64,000 nt of DNA, from contig CAVSEQ010000001.1 in assembly GCA_963727095.1 (NCBI GenBank), positions 18,083 through 82,082 on the forward strand. Direction: 5' to 3'. The number at the start of each line of letters is the position of its first letter. Within the stretch, counting starts at the first letter, position 1. The position numbers and the translations under genes are program-made. Below are positions 54,997 through 64,000 of the stretch, piece after piece. Origin of the DNA: Candidatus Aminicenantes bacterium. Lineage in GTDB: Bacteria; Acidobacteriota; Aminicenantia; Aminicenantales; Saccharicenantaceae. Under the pieces are notes generated by a model. That model searched no databases and had not been told where the DNA came from. It saw only the letters and a program-made list of their open reading frames with translations.

Positions 54997-56385
54997 TCAG
55001 GGCGAGGACAAGAAGCGAGGCTCAGGGTTAACCCCTAACAAGCCCCGGCATTCATGCCGGGGACTCGAGGGGTTGACTTCGACGGGAGCGATGGCTGCGA
55101 CCGGACCGTCGAGTTCGAGTTCGATAAGGGTATCCAGGTCCTGACGGCTGGCGGCGGGCACATCGAGCCGGACGCCATGGATGTCCTGGACGACCCGGCC
55201 GTCACCGCCGGTCAGAACCTTCCAGGCGACGATCTTTTGCGGGATAGGCGGCAGGGTCAAGGCTCCCTCCGGCCATTTGAAAACATGCACGAAAAGGCTT
55301 TTGCCGTGGTTCGTGCTGGCTCCCCAGGCGCCGGGTTTGAACGGCCCGCCGCGCGTGCCGTAGATCGAGCGCCCGTAGGCTGCAAGCCACTGGCCCATCT
55401 CCTTGAGCCTGTCGATCTGGCGGGGCTCGATGCGGCCGTCCGGCATCGGCCCGACGTTGAGCAGCAGGTTGCCGTCGCCCCCCGCGCAGAGGATGAGCGT
55501 CTGCAGACATTCCTTGAGCGACTTCAGCCGGTCGTCCGGCTTGAAGGCCCATTGCTCGCAAATTGTGATGCAGGACTCCCACGGCCGGTTGGTTTGGAAC
55601 GTGCCGATCGTCTGCTCGGGAGTATCATAATCGCCGGCCAAGGCGCTGTTCTTATCAGACCCGGTACGGTTGTTGAGAATGATTCCCGGCTGGAGGCCTC
55701 GGACCCACGCTTCGAGGTCCCGGCCGCGTTCCGGCGTCCAGGGCTTTTCCCACTGTCCGTCGAACCACATGATGCCGAGAGGACCGTAATTCTTGATGAG
55801 TTCGGCGACCTGGCCTTTCAGATAGGCGTTGTAGCGGTCCATGTTTGCGCCCGGCTTTTCGGTCTTGCCACCGGGACTGCCGAGGGGGTAATCCGGGTGG
55901 TGCCAGTCGAGGATCGAATGATAAGTGCAGAAGACGAGGCCGTGTTTGCGGCAGGCGGCGGCCAACTCTTTGACGACGTCACGGTGGAACGGCGTATTCA
56001 TGATCGTGTAATCGGTGAGCTTCGAATCCCAGAGGCAGAAGCCGTCGTGATGCTTGGAGGTGAGAACAAGGTACTTCATACCCGCCTGCTTGGCGGTAAG
56101 GACCCAGGCCTCGGCGTTGAAGCCGGAAGGGTTGAAACGCCGGTAGAGCTCGTCGTACTCGGCAGTCGGCACTTCCGCCCCGCGAGACCAGCCGATCTCC
56201 GTGCCTTTCAAGCTCACGGGCCCCCAGTGAACAAACATCCCGAACCTGGCCTGTTGCCACCAGGCCAGGCGCGCTCCGCGCTCCGCAGCGGTTTCCGAGG
56301 CCGGACGGGCGGAGAGGACGGAAAGGACGGAAAAAGCGGCGAGACCGGCCAGAGCCAGGGTGACGAAAACTCTCGACGTCTTCAT
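54997..56385 (-). CDS. Alpha-L-fucosidase, glycoside hydrolase family 29, secreted
   Basis: ATG 56385 with GGAGG SD. Signal peptide. Conserved GH29 N-terminal blocks (WWQQARFGMFVHWGPVS, KHHDGFCLWDS, YHSILDWHHPDY). The last ~30 aa look like non-protein read-through. Confidence 0.8.
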   Translation of the reverse strand: MKTSRVFVTLALAGLAAFSVLSVLSARPASETAAERGARLAWWQQARFGMFVHWGPVSLKGTEIGWSRGAEVPTAEYDELYRRFNPSGFNAEAWVLTAKQAGMKYLVLTSKHHDGFCLWDSKLTDYTIMNTPFHRDVVKELAAACRKHGLVFCTYHSILDWHHPDYPLGSPGGKTEKPGANMDRYNAYLKGQVAELIKNYGPLGIMWFDGQWEKPWTPERGRDLEAWVRGLQPGIILNNRTGSDKNSALAGDYDTPEQTIGTFQTNRPWESCITICEQWAFKPDDRLKSLKECLQTLILCAGGDGNLLLNVGPMPDGRIEPRQIDRLKEMGQWLAAYGRSIYGTRGGPFKPGAWGASTNHGKSLFVHVFKWPEGALTLPPIPQKIVAWKVLTGGDGRVVQDIHGVRLDVPAASRQDLDTLIELELDGPVAAIAPVEVNPSSPRHECRGLLGVNPEPRFLSSP

Positions 56386-56617
56386 GCGGTTCCTCCTGAA
56401 TGGGGATCGTCTCATCGGCTCATTGTCCACGAAACAACGGTATTAAGCAACATCCTTGGCGGGCATAGGGCGAGGATGCAAAGGGGATGGACAAACCGGG
56501 CGGAGAGGCCGTCACAGGGAAGCGGGCGAAGAAATTCTATGAGTAAGGCCGCCTTATGCCTGGCACCGCTTAGGGTAATGGCCCATCAGGCGCGGTAGCA
56601 CCATTAGTGCTGCAAGC

Positions 56618-58876
56618 TCACGCGTGGTAATACTTATAATACTGGCGGGCGTAGTACCCGTCCTGCTCGACGAGATCGACGCTGTTCAGGATGACGCCGA
56701 GGCATTTGAGCCGGTGGGCGTCGAGCTTTTGTTTGGCCTGCTTCATGGCTTGAAGCGGGGTTTGGCCGCCGCGGGCGACAAGAATCACTCCGTCGATCAT
56801 GGGTCCCATGGCGATGGCATCGGAGACGACGAGGATGGGAGGCGCGTCGAACAGAACGTAATCAAAACTCCGCTTCAGGAACGCGACGAGATCGTCCATT
56901 CTCTCCGACGTCAGGAGCTCGATGGGGCTCGCCGGGATGGGGCCGCTGCCGACGATAAACAGGTTCGGGAACGGTGTCGGTTTCACGACCTCCACCCGGT
57001 CGATGTTGGAACTTAGGAAGTGTGTCAGACCGGTCCCGCGCGAGATGTCGAAAATCTTGTTCTGTTTCGGTTTTCGCAGGTCCGAATCCACGATGACGAC
57101 CCGCTTGCCGGCCTGCGCCAGGGTGATGCCGAGGTTGGAGATCGTCGCCGACTTTCCTTCCCGGGCCAGCGGGCTTGTGAAGAGGATCGACTTGATCTTG
57201 CCGGGGGGCGAGGAAACGAGAAGCGTCGTGCGGATCGAACGGTAGCTCTCCGCCTGGATCGATTGAGGCTCGCGGGAGGCGATCAGTTCGATGACCCTTC
57301 TGTTGGTCTCTTCCATGGGCTTGGGCGTGTCGTTTGTTTTTTTCAGCTTGGTATTCAGCCAGCCCCGGAAACCGGGTGAGTCGATTTTCCGCGCCCCGTC
57401 TTCACCCTGGAGAATGCCCATGAGCCGGGTGAACTCGGATCGGGGGCCGTTCGAGTGCTCTTCCGCTTCGAACGATGGAACGGAGCCGAGAGTCGGCAGC
57501 CCCGTGGTCTTGGTGACGTCCTTGGAGGTTTTAACGTAGCCGGTCATGTATTCGATCAGAATCGTCAGGGCCAGGCCGCCGCCGAGGCCAATGAGCAGGC
57601 CCATGAGCATGAGGACGGATTTCCGGGGCGACCGGGGCCGGATCGGATAGTCGGCCCGGTCGACGATCCATACGTTCGTGGGCTTCAGGTTCTTCATCCT
57701 GGCCGTCACATCCGTTTCGCTTTCTCTTTTCAGAAGCGATTCGAGGATATTCTTCTTGTTGTCGATCTCGATCTTCAGGCTGTTATAGATGATGGAATTG
57801 TTGTTGGCTTTGAAGGCATCATTCTTTTCGGTGCCGAAGGCCAGCTGGAGGGACTGTTCCTTCTTGAGGGCCGTTTGGAAGTCCGAGTAGGAGACATTGA
57901 CGATGTTTTGGACCTCGGTCTTGAGGAGCTCCTGGGCGGCGTCCATTTCGGACCTCAGGTTCTGCATCGTCGGGTATTCCGGCTTGTCGGTCGCCAGGCG
58001 CTTCGCGTATTCGCGGCTGAGAGTCGCATAGTTTTCGCGGAGCCTCTGGATAAGGGGATTGTTCGAAATCTCGGGGAAGTCCATCGTTCCGGATGCGGCC
58101 GACTTGATCTCGTTGTAGTTCGCCTCTTTTTTAATCCTGTCGATGGTGGCTTCGGTGAGGCTCTTGCTGATATCGTTGAGCCTGACGATGGTCGGCGTCT
58201 CCGTCGCGGTCAGAGGGAGGATGTTTTTGTCCGCGCCGTATTGGTTCAGCCTCCGTTCGTTGTCCTGAATCTCCGTCCGGACCTTCTCGATCTGGGCGTT
58301 CAGGAACTGCGAGGCTTGCTCGGTCGCCACATACTTCTGGCGGACGATCATATCCATATACTGATCGAAGAGGACGTTCAGGGTGTCGCCGGCGAACTTC
58401 GGGTCGCGGTCGGTGAACCTCACCTGAATCAGACGCGTCTGCTGGACCTGCTCGACGGAGATTCTCTTCAGGAACTCCTCAATCAGCTTCTCCCGGAAGA
58501 TCGGATCCGACGGTCCGGCGCCCTTGCTTTTCTTGGCCAGCTTCTGCACGAAATGGGGGTTTTCGTAAAGCCGCAGCTTGTCGATGGTCTCGGCGGCCAG
58601 GGCCCGGCTTTGGAGCAGCTTGGAGTGGCTCATGAGGAAACTGGCGGCCTCATATTGAAGGACTTCCTGGAAGGGCAGGATGTTCGGTTCGTTCTCAATC
58701 CAGACGGTTCCCGTGGAGGTGTAGACCGGGGTTCTCAGAAAGGCGAACACGGTCACGCCCGCGAAGATGATGAACGCGAAGGTCAGCGCCGTCCACTTCC
58801 ATTTGCGGACAATGTGCCAGTATTGCCGAACGATGGAAAGGGGGTCGTCTTTGGTCTCAGGGGTTGATAGCGTCAT
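56618..58876 (-). CDS. Polysaccharide co-polymerase / tyrosine autokinase (Wzc/GumC-EpsB-like: Wzz chain-length domain + CpsD/CapB P-loop kinase, Tyr-rich tail)
   Basis: N-terminal TM plus periplasmic coiled-coil. Second TM. Walker A (SPLAREGKSATISNLG). C-terminal YYARQYYKYYHA tyrosine cluster. Confidence 0.8.
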   Translation of the reverse strand: MTLSTPETKDDPLSIVRQYWHIVRKWKWTALTFAFIIFAGVTVFAFLRTPVYTSTGTVWIENEPNILPFQEVLQYEAASFLMSHSKLLQSRALAAETIDKLRLYENPHFVQKLAKKSKGAGPSDPIFREKLIEEFLKRISVEQVQQTRLIQVRFTDRDPKFAGDTLNVLFDQYMDMIVRQKYVATEQASQFLNAQIEKVRTEIQDNERRLNQYGADKNILPLTATETPTIVRLNDISKSLTEATIDRIKKEANYNEIKSAASGTMDFPEISNNPLIQRLRENYATLSREYAKRLATDKPEYPTMQNLRSEMDAAQELLKTEVQNIVNVSYSDFQTALKKEQSLQLAFGTEKNDAFKANNNSIIYNSLKIEIDNKKNILESLLKRESETDVTARMKNLKPTNVWIVDRADYPIRPRSPRKSVLMLMGLLIGLGGGLALTILIEYMTGYVKTSKDVTKTTGLPTLGSVPSFEAEEHSNGPRSEFTRLMGILQGEDGARKIDSPGFRGWLNTKLKKTNDTPKPMEETNRRVIELIASREPQSIQAESYRSIRTTLLVSSPPGKIKSILFTSPLAREGKSATISNLGITLAQAGKRVVIVDSDLRKPKQNKIFDISRGTGLTHFLSSNIDRVEVVKPTPFPNLFIVGSGPIPASPIELLTSERMDDLVAFLKRSFDYVLFDAPPILVVSDAIAMGPMIDGVILVARGGQTPLQAMKQAKQKLDAHRLKCLGVILNSVDLVEQDGYYARQYYKYYHA

Positions 58877-58903
58877 AAGAGCCTCTTTAGCGTGCCGCCG
58901 GCA

Positions 58904-59797
58904 TCATCGGATCACTACGACATCCCCATCTTCGAGGAAGATATCCGAGACGACGCCGTCATAGACTTTATTGAGGTTGACAGGGATTCTCATTTCTTTC
59001 CCCGTTTTCGAATCCTTGCGATTGATGACCACCTTGGTTTTGGAGGCCCATTCCGTCAAGCCGCCCGCCTGGCCGATCGCCTGGAGCAGCGAGAGTCGCC
59101 GGGACTGCTTGAACTGGATCGCCCCCGGCGTCTTGACCTCCCCGTTCACGAAAACCGTGCAGGCCTGGTCCTTTGGAATGTTGACGACGTCTTTGGCCTG
59201 AAGATCGATATTGAGGGATTGGTCCGCCTTGTTCATGAGATCCGTGAGGCTGATCGGGATTCTGTCTTTCTGCCCGTCCGCGCCCTGTCTTATGACATAG
59301 AGTTCGTTGGCGGCTTCAGCCGTGAGCCCGCCGGCTTCGGCGATGATCTGGAGCAGGGTAGTGGGTCCCACAATCTCGTACGATCCGGGCTTGGCGACGG
59401 CGCCGATCACCGAAACGCGCTGATATTCTTTGATGAAAACCGTGACATGCGCGGCGTTCAAATACTTTTCGATGAGGATCTGGGCCAGGTTCTTTTCCAG
59501 CTCCTGGGCGGTCAGTCCGGCCACCTTGACCTTGCCGATCAGCAACAGTGAGACGGAGCCGTCCTCGGAAACGCGGACGGTTTGGTTGAGTTCCGGCTTC
59601 TCGAAGACGGTAATCTGGAGCACATCCTTGGCGCCGATCTTGTAGTCGACGACCAAGCCGGTCCTGTCCTCTTGTTGCTGAAAAGCGAAACCACGCCAAC
59701 CGGGAATCGCGGTCATCAGGAAAACGAGCATGGCCCCGCGAGTCCAGCGTGGAATTGCGCCGTCCATTGTTTTAATGATTGTCAGAATTCTCCTCAT
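58904..59797 (-). CDS. Polysaccharide export protein (Wza-like; Poly_export + SLBB domains)
   Basis: Blocks VSEDGSVSLLLIGKVKVAGLTAQELEKNL and two SLBB-like repeats. 297 aa. Confidence 0.75.
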   Translation of the reverse strand: MRRILTIIKTMDGAIPRWTRGAMLVFLMTAIPGWRGFAFQQQEDRTGLVVDYKIGAKDVLQITVFEKPELNQTVRVSEDGSVSLLLIGKVKVAGLTAQELEKNLAQILIEKYLNAAHVTVFIKEYQRVSVIGAVAKPGSYEIVGPTTLLQIIAEAGGLTAEAANELYVIRQGADGQKDRIPISLTDLMNKADQSLNIDLQAKDVVNIPKDQACTVFVNGEVKTPGAIQFKQSRRLSLLQAIGQAGGLTEWASKTKVVINRKDSKTGKEMRIPVNLNKVYDGVVSDIFLEDGDVVVIR

Positions 59798-59989
59798 GAG
59801 CGTTTCCCTTTAGCGTCGGCATTCCGCCGCCTCTTAAAGAACCCCGTTTATCATAGCTCATGCCGAGCCCCATGTCCAGCACTCGCTCCTCGCCGAGGCA
59901 GCCGTCCCTCGCCGCGGACTTGCCTGCCCCTCGTCCAGCCTTCAGTTCGGCCCATTCATCCGTGATTTTCTGAGCTCGATCTCCGGAAT

Positions 59990-61306
59990 CTAGTACTGCG
60001 TGAAGGGCGATGTCAGGAGGGGGTTGTCGGGCTGAGCATAGCCATAGACCAGATTGAGCCCGAAGAAGTTCCGATTCCTGGACAAGCCGAACAGGGAGGA
60101 CGTCCTCTTGCCCAGGCTCGCCGTAAAGCCGATTTGCAGATCCTGCCTCACCTTATAAACGGCCTGGAAGGTATGGGACCTGGTGTCGTCATTCCGGAAC
60201 GCCGCCCCACCGGTCACGGCGGCCAGCGGATAATGGTCCCGGCCCAGGGAGAGCTCATAGCCCGCATCGAGCCGCTTCGACACCAAATAGGTCAACCCGA
60301 CCCCATAAAGCGACCGAATGTAATAGTTGAAATCAGAGAAGGCGGAGAACTGGATGTCCCTCAAGAAAAATCCCCTCAGCAGAGTCAGCGGGAACACGCC
60401 GGCCGTCACGTTTGTGTTGGCGATGATGCCTCCATAGGGGCTGAACACGTGGAGGATATTGACGAGCCGTTTGTATCCGATGTCGAACCGCCCCTGGATT
60501 CCCGACGTTTGCTCCTGGCCCAGGACGGCGGGCAGGAACTCGACCCCGCCGGACGCCGAATAGCTCCGCGAGTCCCGGGGGGTCGCGGCGCTCTCCGCGA
60601 ATCGGTAGTCGCCGTACTGGCCGTTGAGATAAAACCGCGTCAACGTGGCCTGCTGGAAGTAGGCCATGACGTCGGCATAATGTTCGGTCCTGTTCAGCGT
60701 TTGCCCGATATTGATCGAGTTGAACGTCAGATTCCCGTAATCGTACTTGAGTTGCCGGTAGGTGGCTGCGAACGACGTTCCGCGGGAAACCTGCCACAGG
60801 ATGAGGCTGTTGAAGTCATCCGTCTCGCCGCGGACCCGGATGCCCAATTCCTGACTCAAACGTTGCCGGGCGTTGGACAGCCCTTGGCCGACCTCGATGT
60901 AGAACTTGTCGAGGACAAAGTGGACCCGGCCGTTAAATTGGTTGCCCCAGGCTCGTTCATTCTTCGTGCGGAGGAAAAAATCGTATCGCGGGTACTCATA
61001 GACCTCGAGGACCAGCGATCTGAGCACGGGGTAATACAGGTGCACCTGCGGGCCGGCGGTTGCCGTGTAATCCGGGACCGGCGCAGCCAAGTTGCCGTAG
61101 TAAAGATCGGAGTCATAACCGACGTTGTCGAGGCGAAAGGAAGCGAAGACCCTCAGGGAGCCCACTCTCCATCGGGCGGCGCTCATGACCTGTTCGAGGT
61201 TCGCCCCCAACCAGGTGGACCCCCAGCCCCACGCCCGGTCTGCTCCGGCCAGAAGAGCCCAGACCAGCAGGAGCGATGCCCAGGGATGCAGTTTGCGGAT
61301 GTTCAT
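59990..61306 (-). CDS. Putative outer-membrane beta-barrel protein of the polysaccharide export cluster
   Basis: Signal peptide MNIRKLHPWASLLLVWALLAGA. Alternating-hydrophobic beta-strand pattern. Aromatic C-terminal residues (...FTQY). Confidence 0.45.
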   Translation of the reverse strand: MNIRKLHPWASLLLVWALLAGADRAWGWGSTWLGANLEQVMSAARWRVGSLRVFASFRLDNVGYDSDLYYGNLAAPVPDYTATAGPQVHLYYPVLRSLVLEVYEYPRYDFFLRTKNERAWGNQFNGRVHFVLDKFYIEVGQGLSNARQRLSQELGIRVRGETDDFNSLILWQVSRGTSFAATYRQLKYDYGNLTFNSINIGQTLNRTEHYADVMAYFQQATLTRFYLNGQYGDYRFAESAATPRDSRSYSASGGVEFLPAVLGQEQTSGIQGRFDIGYKRLVNILHVFSPYGGIIANTNVTAGVFPLTLLRGFFLRDIQFSAFSDFNYYIRSLYGVGLTYLVSKRLDAGYELSLGRDHYPLAAVTGGAAFRNDDTRSHTFQAVYKVRQDLQIGFTASLGKRTSSLFGLSRNRNFFGLNLVYGYAQPDNPLLTSPFTQY

Positions 61307-61349
61307 CGTCGCGTGACTTCCGCTGCCTGTCCTGTGTTCTCCGGGCGTC

Positions 61350-62804
61350 TCAATACGCGCCGACTCCGAAAAGGACGACGGGGATTGTCTTGACCAGGAT
61401 CTTAATGTCCAGCCATAACGACCAGGTGTCGAGGTATTCGAGGTCGAGCTTCATCCAGTCCTCGAAGGCGATGTTGTTCCTCCCCTTGATCTGCCACAAG
61501 CAGGTGATTCCCGGTTTCATCGAGAACCGCCGGCGCTGCCATGTCTGGTACTTATCGACCTCGTCCGGCACCGTCGGACGAGGCCCGATCAGGCTCATCT
61601 GGCCCACAAAGACGTTGAAGAACTGAGGCAGTTCATCGATGCTGAACTTTCTCAGGATCCGGCCCAGCGGCGTGATCCACATCGTCTTCTTGCGCCGGAA
61701 TTCCGGGGTCGTCATTTCGGCGAGGTCGTCGACCTTGGACAGGACGTCCTGGGCCCCCTCACGCATGGTCCTGAACTTGTAGAGGGTGAACCGGCGGCCG
61801 TGCAGGCCGAACCGCTGTTGCTTGAAGAAAACCGGTCCCGGTGACGTCACCTTGATGAGCAGGGAGACGAGGGCGAGGATAGGCCCGAGCAGGATGATGA
61901 CCAATCCGGAAACGACGAGGTCGATGAGCCGCTTGCCGAAGAGCTGCCATTCATTGATTTTTGTCGTGTTGAAACGGAGCAGCGGAACTCCGTCTATCTC
62001 CGAAACGCCGGATTTGGCGATCTGCATGTCGAACAGGTCGACGGTGATGGTCGTGGCGACACCCTCGATCTCGCAGTCGTGGAGGGCGCCCTCGAGGGAA
62101 CTCAGCCGGGACCTCGGGACGACGAAGACGCATTCGTCCACGGCGTCATTGTGAAGGATCCGGGGGATGTCTTCGAGCGTCCCGATGACATCCACACCAT
62201 TCACCTTTGTGATTCCCCGGCCGGGCTCGTCGTCGATCGCTCCCAGAATCTGGAAACCCCATTCCGGATGGCTCCGCACTCGTTGGATGAAGGCGCCCGC
62301 CCGCGGCCCGTTCCCGACGATGAGCAGCCGCCGGTCGACCCGTCCGGCCCGGCGCAGGCTGTGCATGACGATGTACATGGCCGTCTTTTCGACGAAAAGC
62401 AGCGAGAAGCCGAGACCGGCGAACAAGAAGAAGAAAAGGCGGCTCATAAACGTCGTTTTGACGACGAACAGCAGTGTGCCGAAGCTCAGGAACGCCATGC
62501 CGGAAGACTTGCAGACGGTCCAGACGACCTGCAGATACGAATGCGTCCGCAGGGAATGGTACATGTTGTTCCGGTAAAGGATCCAGCACCACAACGGAGC
62601 GACGATGACGAGGAAGATGAGGTATTGATTGAGAGTGAGTTTCGGCTCGGACACGAGCGAGGACCACGACGGGAACCATTTGAGTATCAGGTCCGGGTCG
62701 ATCCACTGCCTCATAAAGAAGGCGAGAAGATAGGCCACCGAGACGACCGCCCCGTCGATAAAGATCAGCGAATTCCTGACAACCGCTTCCTTTTCCTTCA
62801 ACAT
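61350..62804 (-). CDS. Undecaprenyl-phosphate sugar phosphotransferase (exopolysaccharide priming glycosylphosphotransferase, WcaJ/EpsE-like)
   Basis: N-terminal 4-5 TM helices plus linker. C-terminal bacterial sugar-transferase domain (KRLIDLVVSGLVIILLGPILALVSL, PGITCLWQIKGRN, IGPRP). Confidence 0.8.
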   Translation of the reverse strand: MLKEKEAVVRNSLIFIDGAVVSVAYLLAFFMRQWIDPDLILKWFPSWSSLVSEPKLTLNQYLIFLVIVAPLWCWILYRNNMYHSLRTHSYLQVVWTVCKSSGMAFLSFGTLLFVVKTTFMSRLFFFLFAGLGFSLLFVEKTAMYIVMHSLRRAGRVDRRLLIVGNGPRAGAFIQRVRSHPEWGFQILGAIDDEPGRGITKVNGVDVIGTLEDIPRILHNDAVDECVFVVPRSRLSSLEGALHDCEIEGVATTITVDLFDMQIAKSGVSEIDGVPLLRFNTTKINEWQLFGKRLIDLVVSGLVIILLGPILALVSLLIKVTSPGPVFFKQQRFGLHGRRFTLYKFRTMREGAQDVLSKVDDLAEMTTPEFRRKKTMWITPLGRILRKFSIDELPQFFNVFVGQMSLIGPRPTVPDEVDKYQTWQRRRFSMKPGITCLWQIKGRNNIAFEDWMKLDLEYLDTWSLWLDIKILVKTIPVVLFGVGAY

Positions 62805-62852
62805 CTCCTGTCTCCCCGGGCCCTCCGCGGGCCCCCCCCGCTTCCGAGTCCT

Positions 62853-63344
62853 TTACTTTTGCCCCGCCTTAACACTCCTCAAAACGCGCGCCGGGTTTCC
62901 CGCCACGATCGTCCATGACGGGACATCCTTCGTCACGACGGCGCCCGCCCCTACGATGGCGCCCTCGCCGACGGTTACGCCGGCGAGAATGGTCGCGCTG
63001 GATCCGACCGATGCGCCCTTCCGGATAAAGGTGGGGACGACGGTCCAGTCCTTTTCCGTCTGGAGCGCCCCGCCGTCCGCCGTGGACCGCGGGTAGAGAT
63101 CGTTGATGAACGTGACGTTATGACCGATAAAGACGTCGTCCTCGATGGTGACGCCTTCGCAGATGAAGGTGTGCGACGAAATCTTGCAATTGCGGCCGAC
63201 GGCCGCCCCCTTCTGGATTTCGACGAAGGTCCCGATCTTGCTGTTGTCGCCGACTGTGCAGCCGTAGAGGTTCGCGAAGGCAAAGATCTTGACGTCTTTG
63301 CCCAATTTTACGTCAGGGGCAATGCGGCAGTTGTCCATCGCCAT
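62853..63344 (-). CDS. Hexapeptide-repeat (LbH) sugar N-acetyltransferase (WbbJ/PglD-like)
   Basis: Left-handed beta-helix hexapeptide repeats throughout (IGDNSKIGTFVEI..., IGHNVTFIND, IGAGAVVTKDV). 163 aa. Confidence 0.7.
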   Translation of the reverse strand: MAMDNCRIAPDVKLGKDVKIFAFANLYGCTVGDNSKIGTFVEIQKGAAVGRNCKISSHTFICEGVTIEDDVFIGHNVTFINDLYPRSTADGGALQTEKDWTVVPTFIRKGASVGSSATILAGVTVGEGAIVGAGAVVTKDVPSWTIVAGNPARVLRSVKAGQK

Positions 63345-63348
63345 CTCC

Positions 63349-64000
63349 TCACAGCCTGATCCTGCGGCCGCCGTTCTTGATCGATTTGTCCGAGGCCTCG
63401 AGGAGGCGGACGACGTTCAGTCCCGCCTCGCCGTTGTTAAACGGCTCCTCATCGTGATCGAGGCAGTGGACAAAATACTCAACCTCCCTCTTCAGGGCCT
63501 CGGCGTTATCAAGCTTGGGCGCATACATATCGCCGGACCTGTAGCTGACAAGCAGCTTATGGATACCATTTTTACCATTTTGGTCGTTAAATGCAACCCC
63601 CCGGTCGTAGATCCTGAGTTTTTCGTCCGACGAGAGGTCATCCCAGACAAGCATTTTCCGGTCACCGCTGATCAGGGTGCTGCGGATCTTCACTGGGCTC
63701 AGCCAGTTGACATGAAAATGGGCGATGAAGTTCGCGTTCTCGAAGTGGAGGCCGACATAAGCGACGTCCTCGAAATCTCCGCCGTAGTGGACCGACCCCT
63801 GCGCCGTGACGGCCACCGGCTGATCGTTGATGAGGTAACTCATGATCGAAAAGTCATGCGGCGCCAGGTCCCACACGACGTTGACGTCATGCTGAAAGAG
63901 CCCCAGGTTCACCCTCACGGAATCGTAGAACAGGAGCTTGCCGAGCTCTCCTGACGAGATGACCTCTTTCATTTTCTTCACGGCGCCGGTGAACAAAAAG
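63349..64000 (-). CDS. Gfo/Idh/MocA-family NAD-dependent sugar oxidoreductase (WbpB-like), 5'-partial (start beyond the window end)
   Basis: C-terminal Gfo/Idh/MocA alpha/beta domain (GELGKLLFYDSVRVNLGLFQHDVNVVWDLAPHDFSI...). The ORF reads through the window end, so the Rossmann N-terminus lies outside. Confidence 0.7.
   Translation of the reverse strand, partial: FLFTGAVKKMKEVISSGELGKLLFYDSVRVNLGLFQHDVNVVWDLAPHDFSIMSYLINDQPVAVTAQGSVHYGGDFEDVAYVGLHFENANFIAHFHVNWLSPVKIRSTLISGDRKMLVWDDLSSDEKLRIYDRGVAFNDQNGKNGIHKLLVSYRSGDMYAPKLDNAEALKREVEYFVHCLDHDEEPFNNGEAGLNVVRLLEASDKSIKNGGRRIRL

Noticed and set aside
54950-55095. tmRNA- or tRNA-like element (GGGGGTTCAAGCC; GGGGTTGACTTCGACGGG resembles a tmRNA 5' end)
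   Set aside because: The T-arm-like stem encloses a 16-nt loop instead of 7. There is no acceptor stem or CCA-proximal pairing, and the resemblance to the tmRNA 5' motif lacks the intervening conserved bases. Part of it lies inside the fucosidase ORF.

Overview
This 64-kb window is high-GC (~63%), chromosomal-looking DNA from an uncultivated-type bacterium. The gene content points to Acidobacteriota: a VWFA-related acidobacterial-domain protein, a tricorn protease, and several secreted BNR/sortilin-like beta-propeller proteins. I support about 45 protein-coding genes. I found no rRNA, no tRNA, no CRISPR array and no transposase or integrase.

Gene content along the window:
- A 5'-truncated FtsX/MacB-type ABC permease at the start.
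- Two paralogous secreted BNR/Asp-box (sortilin-like) proteins (3379-6111 and 46009-49107).
- A 1.6-kb low-GC island (6.1-7.7 kb) carrying two divergent secreted or membrane proteins of unknown function.
- A nitroreductase.
- An ECF-type Co/Ni uptake operon, cbiM(N-fused)-cbiQ-cbiO, behind a ~270-nt leader that carries a consensus promoter and a palindrome.
- A minus-strand proteolysis/cell-wall block: a C45 peptidase, a tricorn protease and an L,D-transpeptidase.
- A lower-GC gene encoding an ankyrin-repeat domain fused to a BNR/Ycf48-like propeller.
- Two large secreted glycan-active proteins, a neutral-ceramidase-like hydrolase and an SSF symporter.
- A GATase1-like protein and an NAD-dependent DNA ligase (ligA). 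ligA is broken by three closely spaced single-nucleotide indels.
- Two ABC exporter pairs, a VWFA operon, and a SAM-methyltransferase with a cupin gene.
- A membrane-anchored sulfite-oxidase-family molybdoenzyme split across two frames.
- A serine-palmitoyltransferase-like alpha-oxoamine synthase, flanked by a small ORF and a CBM9-like protein.
- A PilZ protein, aroD, a class-C-like serine hydrolase, a YchF-like ATPase, an MFS transporter and a URO-D-family protein.
- A GH29 fucosidase, followed by a Wzc/Wza/OM-barrel/priming-phosphotransferase/acetyltransferase/oxidoreductase polysaccharide cluster that runs off the window end.

I could not identify a classical defence or mobile system.

The observations most worth follow-up are:
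- the low-GC islands encoding uncharacterised secreted proteins;
- the two genes disrupted at short homopolymers;
- the co-occurrence of SPT-like and ceramidase-like genes;
- short sequence motifs shared between two intergenic regions, next to a repeat- and hairpin-rich intergenic element;
- a direct-repeat array at the 5' end of the L,D-transpeptidase gene.

All calls come from reading the translated ORFs and the DNA by eye. No database search was run.
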